A program made the translations under genes and the position numbers. A stretch of 64,000 nucleotides of DNA from Actinomycetota bacterium (GTDB lineage Bacteria > Actinomycetota > Acidimicrobiia > Acidimicrobiales > Ilumatobacteraceae). The DNA lies in contig WLST01000002.1 of NCBI GenBank assembly GCA_009711295.1, positions 17,220 through 81,219 of the forward strand, written 5' to 3'. The notes under the pieces were generated by a model. The model was not told where the DNA came from and searched no databases. It saw only the letters and a list, made by a program, of their open reading frames with translations. Shown here in pieces: positions 45,880 through 58,266 of the stretch (the stretch's first letter is position 1; each line of letters begins with the position of its first letter).

Positions 45880-46611
45880 ATGACCAACCATTGGTTTGAA
45901 CCCATTGCAGACCATTTGGGTTCCGCCTACTTGAGGTACTCCTTTACAAAAGGGACGCGCCAAGAGGTCGACTTCATCGTCTCGGAATTGCATCTTGTGC
46001 CGGGAATGCGAGTGCTCGATGTGGGCTGCGGGCCAGGGCGTCATGCGCTCGAACTCGCCCGGCGGGGTATTGAAGTAGTGGGAATCGACATTTCCCAGAC
46101 ATTTGTCGATCTTGCCTCACAGGCCGCGCAGAATGAGGGTGTGGCATCTCTAGCCACATTCCATCGACACGATGCTCGCCAGATTCAGCAGCTCAGCGGC
46201 GTTCAGGGAGCATTTGATGTCGTCATTTGCCTCTGCCAAGGTGCCTTTGGTCTGATGCGTCAAAATAGTGAAGATGAACTGGTTTTAGCCGGAATGGCTG
46301 ATGCTCTGAAAACTGATGGAACCCTTGTGCTGTCTGCCTTCAACGCCTACTTCGCCGTGAAATACCACTCATCGGCGCAGTTTGATGCCGATAGCGGTGT
46401 GTCGTCGGAAATGACTGAAATCCGTAATCCGCAAGGGGAATCTCGCGAAGTTGCCTTGCACACGGGGTGTTACACGCCGCGTGAACTGCGTTTGCTCTGC
46501 AAGGGGGTGGGTCTCGACCACATCAAGGTTTTCAGTGCCGAACCAGGGGCGTACGGGGATGCCCTTCCCACCACTGAAACAGCGGAGTTTCTTGTTTTTG
46601 CTTCTCGGTGA
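45880..46611 (+). CDS. class I SAM-dependent methyltransferase
   Basis: Motif I VLDVGCGPGRHALELA. The ATG directly follows the polA stop. Confidence 0.8.
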   Translation: MTNHWFEPIADHLGSAYLRYSFTKGTRQEVDFIVSELHLVPGMRVLDVGCGPGRHALELARRGIEVVGIDISQTFVDLASQAAQNEGVASLATFHRHDARQIQQLSGVQGAFDVVICLCQGAFGLMRQNSEDELVLAGMADALKTDGTLVLSAFNAYFAVKYHSSAQFDADSGVSSEMTEIRNPQGESREVALHTGCYTPRELRLLCKGVGLDHIKVFSAEPGAYGDALPTTETAEFLVFASR

Positions 46612-48011
46612 TAGGTTTTCAGGGTCCTATCCATCGATTCCCGTCCCTTTTGAAAGCGAATTCCCCGTTGTCCGACACCACTATCTCTTCTGCTCCCTTT
46701 GGCACCTACGACGCAGAAGGTAATTACACCCCGCGCCAAATCACTTCACACGACACATCGTTCGCCGATGCCATTGCAGGCACCATGGTGGAACTCAAAG
46801 ATGGTCAGCTTGTTTCAGGAACGGTCGTCAAAATTGACCGCGATGAAGTGCTCTTGGAAATCGGGTACAAAACCGAAGGCGTTATTCCTTCGCGTGAACT
46901 TTCTATTCGCAACGATGTTGACCCCAGTGAAATCGTTTCACTTGGTGAGCGCATTGAGGCTTTGGTCTTAACACTTGAAGACAAAGAGGGCCGCCTCTTG
47001 TTGTCGAAGAAGCGTGCTCAGTACGAGCGTGCCTGGGGCGACATCGAAAAAGTTAAAGAAGTCGACGGCATGGTTGAAGGTCTCGTTATTGAAGTCGTCA
47101 AGGGCGGCCTCATTGTCGACATCGGACTTCGCGGTTTCTTGCCAGCCTCACTCGTTGAGCTTCGTCGCGTTCGCGACCTTCAGCCGTACATGGGCAAGGT
47201 CTTGCAAGCAAAAATCATTGAACTCGACCGCAACCGCAACAACGTTGTGTTGTCACGTCGTGGTTTCCTTGAAGAAACACAAAAAGAGCAGCGCGACGAT
47301 TTCCTCGTGCATCTCAAGCCAGGCGAAATCCGCACCGGAATCGTGTCAAGCGTCGTTGCATTCGGTGCATTCGTCGACTTGGGCGGCATGGACGGACTCA
47401 TCCACGTTTCAGAGCTCTCATGGAAGCACGTCGATCACCCAGGTTCAGTTGTTGCAATTGGCGACGAAGTAACTGTTCAGGTTCTCGATGTCGACATGAG
47501 CCGCGAGCGCATTAGCTTGTCCTTGAAGGCCACACAGCAAGACCCATGGCAAGAATTCGCCAGCTCACACGAAGTGGGTCAGCTTGTTTATGGTCGCGTC
47601 ACGAAGCTCGTTCCATTTGGTGGTTTCGTGCAGGTTGGCGACGGCATTGAAGGTCTCGTTCACATCTCCGAAATGTCGGCTCACCATGTCGATTCACCAG
47701 AGCAAGTGGTCACGCCAGGCGAAGAGTTGTGGGTCAAGATCATCGATCTCGATCTTGCGCGCCGACGCATCAGCATTTCTATCAAGCAGGCTGCCGAAGG
47801 CGGAGAGCTTGCCGAAGAGTACCGCAGCCACTTTGAAGTCGATGAGCAAGGTAACTGGGTTGGCGGCGACGACGCAGAGCGTGAAGCAGCTTGGGCCGAC
47901 TACTACAAAGAGTACGGCGAGGGTGAAGCACCACCTGCAGCAGAAGGCGCTGAAGCAGTAGCTGAAGTTGCCGCTGTAGTTGAAGAAACACCTGCTGCAC
48001 CTGCTGAGTAA
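46608..48011 (+). CDS. rpsA: 30S ribosomal protein S1
   Basis: Four S1 repeats with near-identity by eye to actinobacterial RpsA blocks (VKIDRDEVLLEIGYKTEGVIP, KKRAQYERAWG, GLRGFLPASLVE, HVSELSWKHVDHP). The start is uncertain: GTG 46608, TTG 46650 or 46668, or ATG 46785. Confidence 0.9.
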   Translation: MIGFQGPIHRFPSLLKANSPLSDTTISSAPFGTYDAEGNYTPRQITSHDTSFADAIAGTMVELKDGQLVSGTVVKIDRDEVLLEIGYKTEGVIPSRELSIRNDVDPSEIVSLGERIEALVLTLEDKEGRLLLSKKRAQYERAWGDIEKVKEVDGMVEGLVIEVVKGGLIVDIGLRGFLPASLVELRRVRDLQPYMGKVLQAKIIELDRNRNNVVLSRRGFLEETQKEQRDDFLVHLKPGEIRTGIVSSVVAFGAFVDLGGMDGLIHVSELSWKHVDHPGSVVAIGDEVTVQVLDVDMSRERISLSLKATQQDPWQEFASSHEVGQLVYGRVTKLVPFGGFVQVGDGIEGLVHISEMSAHHVDSPEQVVTPGEELWVKIIDLDLARRRISISIKQAAEGGELAEEYRSHFEVDEQGNWVGGDDAEREAAWADYYKEYGEGEAPPAAEGAEAVAEVAAVVEETPAAPAE

Positions 48012-48023
48012 TTTTTCAACAAC

Positions 48024-48665
48024 ATGATACTTGTGGGTCTGACCGGGGGAATTGGCTCCGGTAAGTCCACGGTGTCGCAGATGTTGTTAGAACACGGGGC
48101 AATCATTGTCGATGCAGACGCCGTGGCCCGTGAATTACAGCAACCAGGCACCGAAGTTTTGCGTCTCATGGCGGAAGCCTTCGGCGACGAAATTTGCAAC
48201 GACGACGGTTCACTCAACCGGCAAGCAGTAGCCGACAAAGTATTCGGTAACGCCGATGCTTTAAAGACCCTTAACGGAATTGTGCATCCTGCCATTGGTA
48301 AAGAAATGAACAGGCGCATTGAAGAGCAAAGAAGCACCAACAACGTGGTTGTGCTCGATATCCCGTTGCTCTTCGAGAACCCGCGCGAGGGCTTGTGTGG
48401 GGTCATTGTTGTCGACGTGCCCGTTGAGATAGCCGTCAATCGCTTGGTGAGCGCTCGCGGTATGACCATTGCAGACGCCGAGGCGCGCGTATCTCGCCAA
48501 GCATCGCGAGAAGACCGTAGAGCAATTGCCGACAAAGTAATTGATAACTCCAGAGATCTTGAGTTCCTTCGTCAACAAGTTGATGAGGTCTGGGCATGGA
48601 TGCAACAACTTCCTGCTGCTGCTCCCGATGCGGGCAAACAAGTACGCCCTGAAGTGAAGAAATGA
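48024..48665 (+). CDS. coaE: dephospho-CoA kinase
   Basis: P-loop [11 protein letters not shown]. Located in the rpsA-coaE-uvrB context. Confidence 0.9.
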   Translation: MILVGLTGGIGSGKSTVSQMLLEHGAIIVDADAVARELQQPGTEVLRLMAEAFGDEICNDDGSLNRQAVADKVFGNADALKTLNGIVHPAIGKEMNRRIEEQRSTNNVVVLDIPLLFENPREGLCGVIVVDVPVEIAVNRLVSARGMTIADAEARVSRQASREDRRAIADKVIDNSRDLEFLRQQVDEVWAWMQQLPAAAPDAGKQVRPEVKK

Positions 48666-50692
48666 CCGAGGCTCGGCACTCCTTCCAGGTGGTGTCTGAC
48701 TATTCGCCAGCCGGAGACCAGCCGCGTGCCATTGCAGAGCTATCGGCAGGTATTGAACGTGGCGAGAAGTTCCAAACCCTGTTGGGAATTACGGGTTCGG
48801 GTAAGTCGGCCACTATTGCCTGGACTATTGAGAAAGTACAACGACCAACACTCATTCTTGCGCCCAATAAGAGTTTGGCTGCTCAGCTGACGCAAGAGAT
48901 GCGAGAGTTTTTTCCGCATAACCGCGTTGAATATTTCGTGAGTTATTACGACTACTACCAGCCCGAGGCGTACATCGCTTCAAGCGACACGTTCATTGAA
49001 AAAGACTCATCGGTGAACGATGAAATTGACCGGTTGCGACACTCTGCTACCGCTGCACTTCTGACACGGCGCGACACCATCGTGGTGGCCAGCGTGAGTT
49101 GTATTTACGGAATGGGTGACCCTGAGGAATACCGAGGCCAGTTGCTGGAGTTGCATACGGGTGTCGACTACGACCAGCGCAGTATTTTGAAACGCCTCGT
49201 TGAGCTGCAATACGACAGAAATGACATTGCACTGGGGCGTGGAAATTTTCGCGTGCGCGGCGACACCATTGAAATTCATGCTGCATACGACGAAAACGTA
49301 TTGCGGGTGGAAATGTTTGGCGACACTGTCGACCGCATCACCACAATCGACCCGGTCACGGGCGAAAACCTGAGTGAATTAACAGAAGTTGTTGTTTTCC
49401 CTGCAACGCATTATGTAGCCGGCGACGAACGCATGCGCCGCGCTGTTATTGGTATAGAGAAAGAACTCCAAGAACGACTAGCGGTATTTGAGTCGCAGGG
49501 GAAACTGCTAGAAGCGCAACGTTTGCGTATGCGCACGCAATACGACCTCGAGATGATTCAAGAAATGGGTTACTGCAACGGTATTGAGAACTACTCAATG
49601 CACATTGATGGCCGCGAGCCAGGGGAGCCACCTTTCTCCCTGCTCGACTATTTCCCAAAAGACTATTTGTTGGTCATTGATGAAAGCCACGTTGCAATTC
49701 CGCAGTTGCATGGGCAATTTGCCGGCGACCTGAGTCGCAAATCGAATCTTGTAGAACATGGCTTTCGTTTGCCGTCGGCCATCAATAACCGTCCATTGCG
49801 ATTCGAAGAGGTGATGGAGCGACTGCATCAAGGTATTTTCATGTCGGCAACTCCTGGCAAGTTCGAACTTGCCGAGTCGCAGAGCATTGTTGAGCAAATT
49901 GTTCGACCAACTGGGCTGGTTGACCCCGAGGTCATTGTGAAGCCAACGAAGGGTCAAATTGACGACCTCGTAGAAATGGTGAACGATCGCATTGAGCGCG
50001 GCGACAGAATTCTTGTCACGACGCTCACCAAGAAGATGGCCGAAGACCTCAGCGAATATTTGCTCGAGCAGGGTTTGCGCGTTCGCTACTTGCACTCAAA
50101 TATCGACACCATTCAACGCATTGAAATACTTCGTGCGTTACGCCTTGGCGAATTCGATGTGCTTGTAGGAATTAACTTGTTGCGAGAAGGTCTCGACCTT
50201 CCTGAGGTCTCGCTTGTTTGTATTCTCGATGCCGATAAAGAAGGTTTCTTGCGTAGCGAAACATCGCTCATTCAAATGATCGGTCGTGCCGCACGAAATG
50301 TCGACGGTCAAGTTGTGATGTATGCCGACAAGATGACCAAGGCAATGACGGCTGCTATTGGTGAAACCCAGCGGCGCCGTGAGCGACAAATTGCCTACAA
50401 CCTTGCTAACGGCATTAATCCGCAGACCATTCGTAAGGCTGTGGGCGACATCTTGCATTTACTCAGGCCCGATTCGGGTGCACCCGTTCCAGGGAAGGGA
50501 CAGCGTAAAGATCGTGAGCGCGACAAGGTCAAGCGCGAGTTGCGCTCGTTGCCCGAGCAAGAGATGCTGCGTCTCATTCAAACCCTTGAAGAAGAGATGC
50601 ATGAGGCTGCTGGTGACCTGCGCTTTGAGTATGCAGCCCGACTGCGCGATGAAGTGAATGAATTGAAGCGGGAATTACGTGATGCGGGTTAG
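48662..50692 (+). CDS. uvrB: excinuclease ABC subunit B
   Basis: 676 aa. GITGSGKS, helicase motifs, and a C-terminal UVR domain ([12 protein letters not shown]). ATGA overlap with coaE. Confidence 0.96.
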   Translation: MTEARHSFQVVSDYSPAGDQPRAIAELSAGIERGEKFQTLLGITGSGKSATIAWTIEKVQRPTLILAPNKSLAAQLTQEMREFFPHNRVEYFVSYYDYYQPEAYIASSDTFIEKDSSVNDEIDRLRHSATAALLTRRDTIVVASVSCIYGMGDPEEYRGQLLELHTGVDYDQRSILKRLVELQYDRNDIALGRGNFRVRGDTIEIHAAYDENVLRVEMFGDTVDRITTIDPVTGENLSELTEVVVFPATHYVAGDERMRRAVIGIEKELQERLAVFESQGKLLEAQRLRMRTQYDLEMIQEMGYCNGIENYSMHIDGREPGEPPFSLLDYFPKDYLLVIDESHVAIPQLHGQFAGDLSRKSNLVEHGFRLPSAINNRPLRFEEVMERLHQGIFMSATPGKFELAESQSIVEQIVRPTGLVDPEVIVKPTKGQIDDLVEMVNDRIERGDRILVTTLTKKMAEDLSEYLLEQGLRVRYLHSNIDTIQRIEILRALRLGEFDVLVGINLLREGLDLPEVSLVCILDADKEGFLRSETSLIQMIGRAARNVDGQVVMYADKMTKAMTAAIGETQRRRERQIAYNLANGINPQTIRKAVGDILHLLRPDSGAPVPGKGQRKDRERDKVKRELRSLPEQEMLRLIQTLEEEMHEAAGDLRFEYAARLRDEVNELKRELRDAG

Positions 50693-50725
50693 CACATTGC
50701 CCCATATGTAAGTAATCTCGCATGA

Positions 50726-53662
50726 ATGGCTGACAAAATCATTGTGAGAGGTGCTCGTGAGCACAACCTGAAAAATGTCAGCGTTGAACTACCACGCGAC
50801 AAACTCATTGTGTTCACTGGTTTGTCTGGTTCGGGTAAATCAAGCCTTGCATTCGACACCATCTATGCCGAAGGTCAACGTCGGTATGTGGAAAGCCTCA
50901 GCGCCTATGCACGCCAATTTCTGGGTCAGATGGATAAGCCAGATGTCGACCACATTGAAGGTTTGTCTCCCGCTATCTCCATTGACCAAAAGTCCGCTTC
51001 TCGTAACCCGCGGTCAACAGTAGGAACCATTACTGAGGTGTACGACTATTTGCGCTTGCTCTACGCGCGCATTGGTGTGCAGCACTGCCCGAAAGATGGC
51101 ACTGCACTGAAGAGGCAGACGCCTCAACAAATCGTTGATCGTGTTTTACAGATGCCCGATGGAACTCGTTTCCAGGTGCTGGCGCCAGTGGTTCGCGGTC
51201 GCAAAGGTGAATACGACACCTTGCTTGGTGAACTTGCAGGGCAAGGGTATGTGCGCGCCAGGGTCGACGGAGAACTCGTCGATATTTCTGAGTTCCTGAA
51301 ACAAGAGAAGCGTTTGGCTCGCTACGAGCAGCACTCTATTGAAGTAGTCATTGACCGATTGGTAAAGAAAGACAACATTTCGCGTCGTCTCACCGACAGT
51401 TTGGAAACGGCTCTGCGGCTCGCAGAAGGAGTTGCGGAAATTGAACTGATGGGCGTGAAAGGCGATGAAAGCGAAACACTCACTTTCAGTCAACATCTTG
51501 CGTGCCCCAAGTGTGGCGATAGTTTCGATGAACCCGCTCCACGTAACTTCTCATTCAACTCTCCTTACGGCGCGTGTGAGAACTGCGATGGTTTAGGAAC
51601 CAAGTTTGAAGTTGATGCCGACTTGGTGATTCCCAATACCGATCTGGCCATTACCGAGAGCGCAATAGCGCCTTGGCGTTCGGCGCATACTCAGTACTTC
51701 AACCGCATGCTTGAATCGGTGGCAGAGAAGTACAAGATTCCGCTTACCAAACCCTTTGCAAAACTCACCGACAAGCAAAAGAACATCGTGTTGAACGGCG
51801 TTGAAGAGGGTCTAGTAGTTAAGTACAAGAATCGTTACGGTCGGGTACGTACATTCAATACGCACTATGAGGGCGTCATCCCATGGATCAAGCGTCGTCA
51901 TGAAGCTGCAGAAAGCGATTGGTCGCGCGAGCAGTATGAAACATATATGCGTGAAGTACCTTGCACGGCTTGCAAAGGAGCGCGTCTCAAACCCTCTTCT
52001 TTGGCAATCACCATTAACGACAAGAGCATTTCGGAAGTGTGCGAAATGCCCATCGCCGACTCTGCAGATTTCCTCGAAAAACTGGTGTTGAGTGATCGAG
52101 ACAAAATGATTGCGGAACGTGTGACGAAGGAAATCAACGCACGTCTCGGTTTCCTCCTCGATGTGGGCTTGAATTACCTCACACTCATGCGTAATGCAGG
52201 AACACTCGCAGGCGGCGAAGCACAACGTATTCGTTTGGCTAGCCAAATTGGGTCGGGCTTAGTGGGAACGCTGTACGTTCTCGATGAGCCGTCGATTGGT
52301 TTGCATCAACGCGATAATAAACGTCTCATTGAAACGCTCGTGAGGTTGCGCGACCTCGGGAACACGGTGCTGGTTGTGGAACACGATGAAGACACCATTC
52401 GCGAGAGCGACTGGATTGTTGACATTGGTCCTGGTGCCGGTGAGCACGGCGGTGAAGTGGTGTACAGCGGCCAGGTGTCGGGCATTGGCAAAGTTGCCGA
52501 GTCGATCACCGGTCAGTATTTGTCGGGGAAGAGGTCGATTCCGGTTCCTGAAGTACGGCGTCAGCCCAACAAGGAACACATCGTGGTGCGCGGTGCTCGC
52601 GAGCACAACTTGCAAAACATCGATGTGGAATTCCCTTTGGGATGCTTGGTTGCGGTCACGGGTGTTTCGGGAAGCGGTAAGAGCACTCTGGTGCGCGACA
52701 TTTTGTTGCCTGCTCTCATGCAGAAAATCTACAAATCGAAAGATGCACCTGGTCGACACAAGTCGGTTGACGGTATTGAGCATCTCGACAAAGTAATCGA
52801 CATGGATCAGTCGCCCATTGGTCGTACGCCACGCAGTAACGCAGCTACCTACACAGGCGTGTTCGACAACATCCGTAAGTTGTTCGCAGCTACTCCTGAG
52901 GCAAAAGTTCGCGGGTATCAACCAGGTCGATTCAGCTTCAACGTTGCTGGTGGGCGCTGTGAAGCTTGTTCGGGCGACGGCACCATCAAAATTGAAATGC
53001 ACTTCCTACCCGATGTCTATGTTCCTTGCGAAGTATGCAAAGGCGCGAGGTACAACCGCGACACTCTGGAAATTCAATTCAAAGGCAAGAGCATCGCCGA
53101 TGTATTGAACATGCCCATCTCGGAAGCTGTCGACTTCTTCGACAATCAGCCCGTCATTAGCCGCCATATGAAGACCTTGGTCGATGTTGGCCTCGGATAC
53201 GTGCGTCTTGGCCAATCGGCTCCAACCTTGTCGGGTGGTGAAGCCCAAAGAGTGAAACTGGCAAGTGAATTAGCAAAGCGCAGCACCGGACACACCATTT
53301 ATTTGCTTGATGAACCAACAACGGGATTGCACTTCGAAGACGTGCGTCGATTGCTCACCGTGTTGTCTCGTCTCGTTGACCAGGGAAATACCGTCTTGGT
53401 CATTGAGCACAACCTCGACGTCATTAAAACCGCCGACTGGCTCATCGACCTTGGACCTGAAGGTGGCTCTGGTGGTGGTTTAGTGATTGCAGAAGGAACG
53501 CCTGAAGACGTCGCTAATACGCCTGGTAGTTACACAGGGCACTTCTTGCGGCCACTGTTGGGCCTCGAGGGGAATGCTCCAAAAGCAACAAAGCCTGTTG
53601 CGGTGAAAAAGAAGGCTGTGAAAGTTGCTGATCCAAAACCGAAAGTTGCTCGAAAGAAGTAA
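50726..53662 (+). CDS. uvrA: excinuclease ABC subunit A
   Basis: 978 aa. Two ABC modules ([20 protein letters not shown]) and zinc-finger Cys clusters. Confidence 0.96.
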   Translation: MADKIIVRGAREHNLKNVSVELPRDKLIVFTGLSGSGKSSLAFDTIYAEGQRRYVESLSAYARQFLGQMDKPDVDHIEGLSPAISIDQKSASRNPRSTVGTITEVYDYLRLLYARIGVQHCPKDGTALKRQTPQQIVDRVLQMPDGTRFQVLAPVVRGRKGEYDTLLGELAGQGYVRARVDGELVDISEFLKQEKRLARYEQHSIEVVIDRLVKKDNISRRLTDSLETALRLAEGVAEIELMGVKGDESETLTFSQHLACPKCGDSFDEPAPRNFSFNSPYGACENCDGLGTKFEVDADLVIPNTDLAITESAIAPWRSAHTQYFNRMLESVAEKYKIPLTKPFAKLTDKQKNIVLNGVEEGLVVKYKNRYGRVRTFNTHYEGVIPWIKRRHEAAESDWSREQYETYMREVPCTACKGARLKPSSLAITINDKSISEVCEMPIADSADFLEKLVLSDRDKMIAERVTKEINARLGFLLDVGLNYLTLMRNAGTLAGGEAQRIRLASQIGSGLVGTLYVLDEPSIGLHQRDNKRLIETLVRLRDLGNTVLVVEHDEDTIRESDWIVDIGPGAGEHGGEVVYSGQVSGIGKVAESITGQYLSGKRSIPVPEVRRQPNKEHIVVRGAREHNLQNIDVEFPLGCLVAVTGVSGSGKSTLVRDILLPALMQKIYKSKDAPGRHKSVDGIEHLDKVIDMDQSPIGRTPRSNAATYTGVFDNIRKLFAATPEAKVRGYQPGRFSFNVAGGRCEACSGDGTIKIEMHFLPDVYVPCEVCKGARYNRDTLEIQFKGKSIADVLNMPISEAVDFFDNQPVISRHMKTLVDVGLGYVRLGQSAPTLSGGEAQRVKLASELAKRSTGHTIYLLDEPTTGLHFEDVRRLLTVLSRLVDQGNTVLVIEHNLDVIKTADWLIDLGPEGGSGGGLVIAEGTPEDVANTPGSYTGHFLRPLLGLEGNAPKATKPVAVKKKAVKVADPKPKVARKK

Positions 53663-53665
53663 TGC

Positions 53666-55546
53666 GTGGTTACTAAACCACCCACCGGCACCATTCCAGA
53701 AACGCCGGGTTCGTACCAGTTCCGTGATGCAAACGGCAAGGTCATTTACGTAGGTAAAGCAGCAAACCTGCGTCAACGGTTATCGAACTACTTCCAGGAC
53801 CCTCGTATTTTGCACACACGAACAGCAGCCATGGTTGCTGCTGCCGAAACGGTGGAATGGATTGAAGTACGGAATGAAATAGAAGCGTTGATGTTGGAGT
53901 TTAATCTCATTAAAGAGCATCGACCTCGCTTCAACATTCGTCTTCGTGACGATAAGAGTTATCCATTTCTCGCCCTCACGCTCGATGAGCAATGGCCACG
54001 TGCAGTGGTGATGCGCGGAAGGAAGCGCAAGGGGACCAAATACTTTGGTCCGTACCCCCATGCCTATGCCATTCGCGAAACGCTCGATTTGTTGTTGCGT
54101 ACATTTCCGGTACGCACGTGCGCTCCTTCCAAGTTCAAAGAACACGAGCGCCTTGGTCGCCCGTGTCTCTTGTTTCACATTGAGAAGTGTTCGGGGCCGT
54201 GCGTCAATGAAGTGACGCCTGACGAATATCAGGTATTCGTACGAGGTCTCACAGATGTGTTGAATGGGGACGCTGAAGGAATCACCAAAGATCTTGAAGT
54301 TTCAATGCGCGAAGCTTCTAGCGCTTTAGATTTTGAAAAGGCCGCTCGTCTGCGCGACAGGCTCGCCGCAGTGAAGCGTGCGACAGAGAAACAACAGGTG
54401 GTGGGCGACAACAACGACAGCGTCGACGTCGTCGGAATTTTTGATGACGATCTGGAGGCTTCCATTCAGGTGTTCTATGTTCGCCATGGTCGCGTGGTGG
54501 GACGCCGTGGTTTTATGGTCGACAAAGTTGAAGACCTCACGCCTGGTGAATTCCTCAATCGCATTTTAGAAAACCTCTATGGCGAAGAGCCTGCAATGGG
54601 CTATCCGAAATCGGTATTGGTTCCTTACCTTCCAGACGACATGGATACCTACACCGAGTGGCTCTGTGGCATGCGTGGTAGCGCTGTTGATATTCGCATT
54701 CCTCAACGTGGAGACAAGCGGTCACTGCACGAAACCGTCACCATGAACGCACGTGAAGAATTCACTCGTCAACGTATGAAGCGGGCGAGCGACCATAACG
54801 CCCGAAGTAAAGCATTGAGCGAAATTCAAGACCTCTTACGCCTACCAGAAGCGCCGCTTCGAATTGAATGTTACGACATGGCTCATTTGCACGGCACCGA
54901 CTACGTCGGGTCGATGGTGGTGTTGGAAGATGGGTTGCCAGCCAAGCGTGAATATCGTCGCTTCAAAATTAAAACAGTGGAAGGCAACGACGACTACGCC
55001 GCCATGAAAGAAGTGTTGACCCGTCGACTAAGTGCCTACATCGAGGAACGAGATGAACCCACTGGCGACAAGCCCGGTCGGTTTGCCTATCCGCCACAGT
55101 TATTGCTGGTCGATGGCGGAAAAGGGCAACTGTCCGTCGCCATTGAAGTGGTGAAGGAACTTGGTCTTGAAGATGAAATTCCTGTGGCTTCTCTCGCGAA
55201 GAAATTTGAAGAGGTTTTCATACCTGGCCAATCTCACCCTGTGAACGTTCCTAGAGGAAGCGAAGCGCTCTACATGTTGCAGCGCATTCGAGATGAAGCT
55301 CACCGTTTTGCAAACTCCTTCCATAGGGAACTGCGCGACAAGCGAATGAAAGAAAGTGTGCTCGATGGAATTGTGGGTTTGGGTGAAGCCCGACGTCAGC
55401 GTCTTGTGAAAGAGCTTGGTTCCTTGAAGGCGGTCAAGGAAGCGCCACTTGATCAACTGCAGGCATTACCGTGGTTGCCTGACGTTGTTGCATTAGCCAT
55501 CTTTCACAAGATTCATGGTGACAGCGGCTCCACCCCAACACAATGA
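53666..55546 (+). CDS. uvrC: excinuclease ABC subunit C
   Basis: GIY-YIG N-terminus (GSYQFRDANGKVIYVGKA), UVR domain (LDFEKAARLRD), and a C-terminal endonuclease/HhH region. GTG start. Confidence 0.95.
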   Translation: MVTKPPTGTIPETPGSYQFRDANGKVIYVGKAANLRQRLSNYFQDPRILHTRTAAMVAAAETVEWIEVRNEIEALMLEFNLIKEHRPRFNIRLRDDKSYPFLALTLDEQWPRAVVMRGRKRKGTKYFGPYPHAYAIRETLDLLLRTFPVRTCAPSKFKEHERLGRPCLLFHIEKCSGPCVNEVTPDEYQVFVRGLTDVLNGDAEGITKDLEVSMREASSALDFEKAARLRDRLAAVKRATEKQQVVGDNNDSVDVVGIFDDDLEASIQVFYVRHGRVVGRRGFMVDKVEDLTPGEFLNRILENLYGEEPAMGYPKSVLVPYLPDDMDTYTEWLCGMRGSAVDIRIPQRGDKRSLHETVTMNAREEFTRQRMKRASDHNARSKALSEIQDLLRLPEAPLRIECYDMAHLHGTDYVGSMVVLEDGLPAKREYRRFKIKTVEGNDDYAAMKEVLTRRLSAYIEERDEPTGDKPGRFAYPPQLLLVDGGKGQLSVAIEVVKELGLEDEIPVASLAKKFEEVFIPGQSHPVNVPRGSEALYMLQRIRDEAHRFANSFHRELRDKRMKESVLDGIVGLGEARRQRLVKELGSLKAVKEAPLDQLQALPWLPDVVALAIFHKIHGDSGSTPTQ

Positions 55547-55558
55547 GAAGAGAAACAG

Positions 55559-56320
55559 TTGAATCAGCCTGCTGAGTATTCATGGGAAGATCATGCACAA
55601 TGGTGGATCGACGGTTTTACCGGCGGTGTTGACCCCGAATATGTCGAGCAAATTATTCCCATGGCTCTGCGTGAGCTTGATGGTTTTGCGCGTATTCTCG
55701 ATGTGGGGTGTGGTGAAGGTCAAATTGCCAGGGTCTTACAAAGTCGTACCAATATCGATTCTCATATTGTGGGTGTCGACCCCACGCAGGGCCAGGTTGA
55801 CGTTGCCATTGAACGAGCAGTGGGCGAGCAGTATTTGCGTTCAGGTGCCGATGCGCTGCCCTTTGCTAGCGGCAGTTTCGATGCCGTACTTGCTTGCTTG
55901 GTGTTCGAGCACATCGATGCTCTTGATGAAGCTGTGAGTGAAGTTGCGCGCGTCCTGCGACCAGGTGGGCGTTTCTCTTTTTTCCTCAACCATCCACTCT
56001 TGCAAACCCCCAACAGCGGGTGGATTGATGATCAGATCATCGACCCTCCAGAACAGTATTGGCGTATCGGGTCGTACCTAGATGAAGCCATCACCTTTGA
56101 AGAAGTGGAACCTGGCGTGCGAGTGAGGTTTTTGCATCGTCCACTGAGTCGATATGTGAACACCCTCGCAGCACATGGTCTCTTCCTTGAGGCGATGTTT
56201 GAGCCAGCACCGCCACCAGGGTTTCTTGCCCGCAGCGCCGACTACGCCTTTGCTGCATCAATTCCGCGGTTGCTGTGCTTGCGTCTATGCAAATTTAGCT
56301 CTCCTCATTCGTTAGTCTGA
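55559..56320 (+). CDS. class I SAM-dependent methyltransferase
   Basis: Motif I ILDVGCGEGQIA, and post-I/II motifs (FDAVLACLVFEHI). TTG start. Confidence 0.75.
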   Translation: MNQPAEYSWEDHAQWWIDGFTGGVDPEYVEQIIPMALRELDGFARILDVGCGEGQIARVLQSRTNIDSHIVGVDPTQGQVDVAIERAVGEQYLRSGADALPFASGSFDAVLACLVFEHIDALDEAVSEVARVLRPGGRFSFFLNHPLLQTPNSGWIDDQIIDPPEQYWRIGSYLDEAITFEEVEPGVRVRFLHRPLSRYVNTLAAHGLFLEAMFEPAPPPGFLARSADYAFAASIPRLLCLRLCKFSSPHSLV

Positions 56321-56324
56321 CCTT

Positions 56325-57206
56325 GTGACTGACGTCCTCGTTATTGCCGGTTTATCGGGTGCGGGCCGTTCTCAAGCTGCCGACGACATCGAAGACCTTG
56401 GTTGGTTCGTCATCGATAATCTGCCTACGTCGCTCGTTGAAAAAGTGGTGGAGTTGGCGAGTTCGCCGCTCGACCCGCATTCTCAACTCGCTTTGGTCGT
56501 GGGTAACGTCAGCCAACAAAGCGACATGCTTGAAGTGTTGCGCAACCTTCGTCACAACGGACACCGAGTGACTGTGCTGTTTCTCGATTCTTCGACAAGC
56601 GAACTGGTGAAGCGTTACGGCGCAACACGTCGGCGCCATCCACTCGATAACGAAAATTCTTCATCGGGTTCAGGGCATAGCGGAGGCATTGCGACGCTCA
56701 TTGAAAAAGAGCGCGCATTATTAGAGCCAGTGAAGGCTGTTGCCGATTTGGTCATCGATACCTCGGCATTAACCGTGCATCAACTGAAAGCCAAGTTGGT
56801 AGAAATCTTTAGCGAAAAGGGAACAACCGATGTCATCCAGGTGGGTCTTGTTTCCTTTGGCTTCAAGCAAGGACTCCCACTCGATGTCGACTTGGTTTTC
56901 GACGTACGTTTTTTACCGAATCCATACTGGGATGAAAACCTGCGTCCGCTCACGGGAATTGATCCGGCGGTGAGTGCCTACGTTCTGGAAAATCCCATTG
57001 CTGAACAATTTTTGTCACACCTTGAAGGGATGCTCGATCTGCTCTTGCCTGCATATGTGGCAGAGGGGAAGAGTTACCTTTCTATTGCCATTGGGTGTAC
57101 GGGGGGTCAGCACAGGTCGGTAGCGATGGTCGAGCGTCTTTCACAATGGTTCACAGGTCGGTCAATGAACCCGCGGGTTACCCATCGAGACCTGCCCCGC
57201 CACTAA
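56325..57206 (+). CDS. rapZ: RNase adapter / nucleotide-binding protein RapZ (YvcJ family)
   Basis: P-loop GLSGAGRS, DVRFLPNPYW, and CTGGQHRSV. Confidence 0.92.
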   Translation: MTDVLVIAGLSGAGRSQAADDIEDLGWFVIDNLPTSLVEKVVELASSPLDPHSQLALVVGNVSQQSDMLEVLRNLRHNGHRVTVLFLDSSTSELVKRYGATRRRHPLDNENSSSGSGHSGGIATLIEKERALLEPVKAVADLVIDTSALTVHQLKAKLVEIFSEKGTTDVIQVGLVSFGFKQGLPLDVDLVFDVRFLPNPYWDENLRPLTGIDPAVSAYVLENPIAEQFLSHLEGMLDLLLPAYVAEGKSYLSIAIGCTGGQHRSVAMVERLSQWFTGRSMNPRVTHRDLPRH

Positions 57207-57253
57207 GGTTCTAGAGGCACCGTTTTGGGTGCGGAACGCGAAAGGGCAAATAC

Positions 57254-58264
<1,011 letters not shown>

Positions 58265-58266
58265 CT

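Noticed and set aside
52259-53002. Other long antisense ORFs: 247 aa opposite uvrA; 226 aa at 6464-7144 opposite the GGDEF-EAL gene; 222 aa at 43315-43983 opposite polA; 210 aa at 47903-48535; 206 aa at 18702-19322; 239 aa at 2437-3156.
   Set aside because: All overlap strongly recognisable genes on the other strand. Those I checked are codon-registered with the sense gene. All have low-complexity, Arg/Cys/Ser-rich translations and no motifs. They are shadow ORFs.
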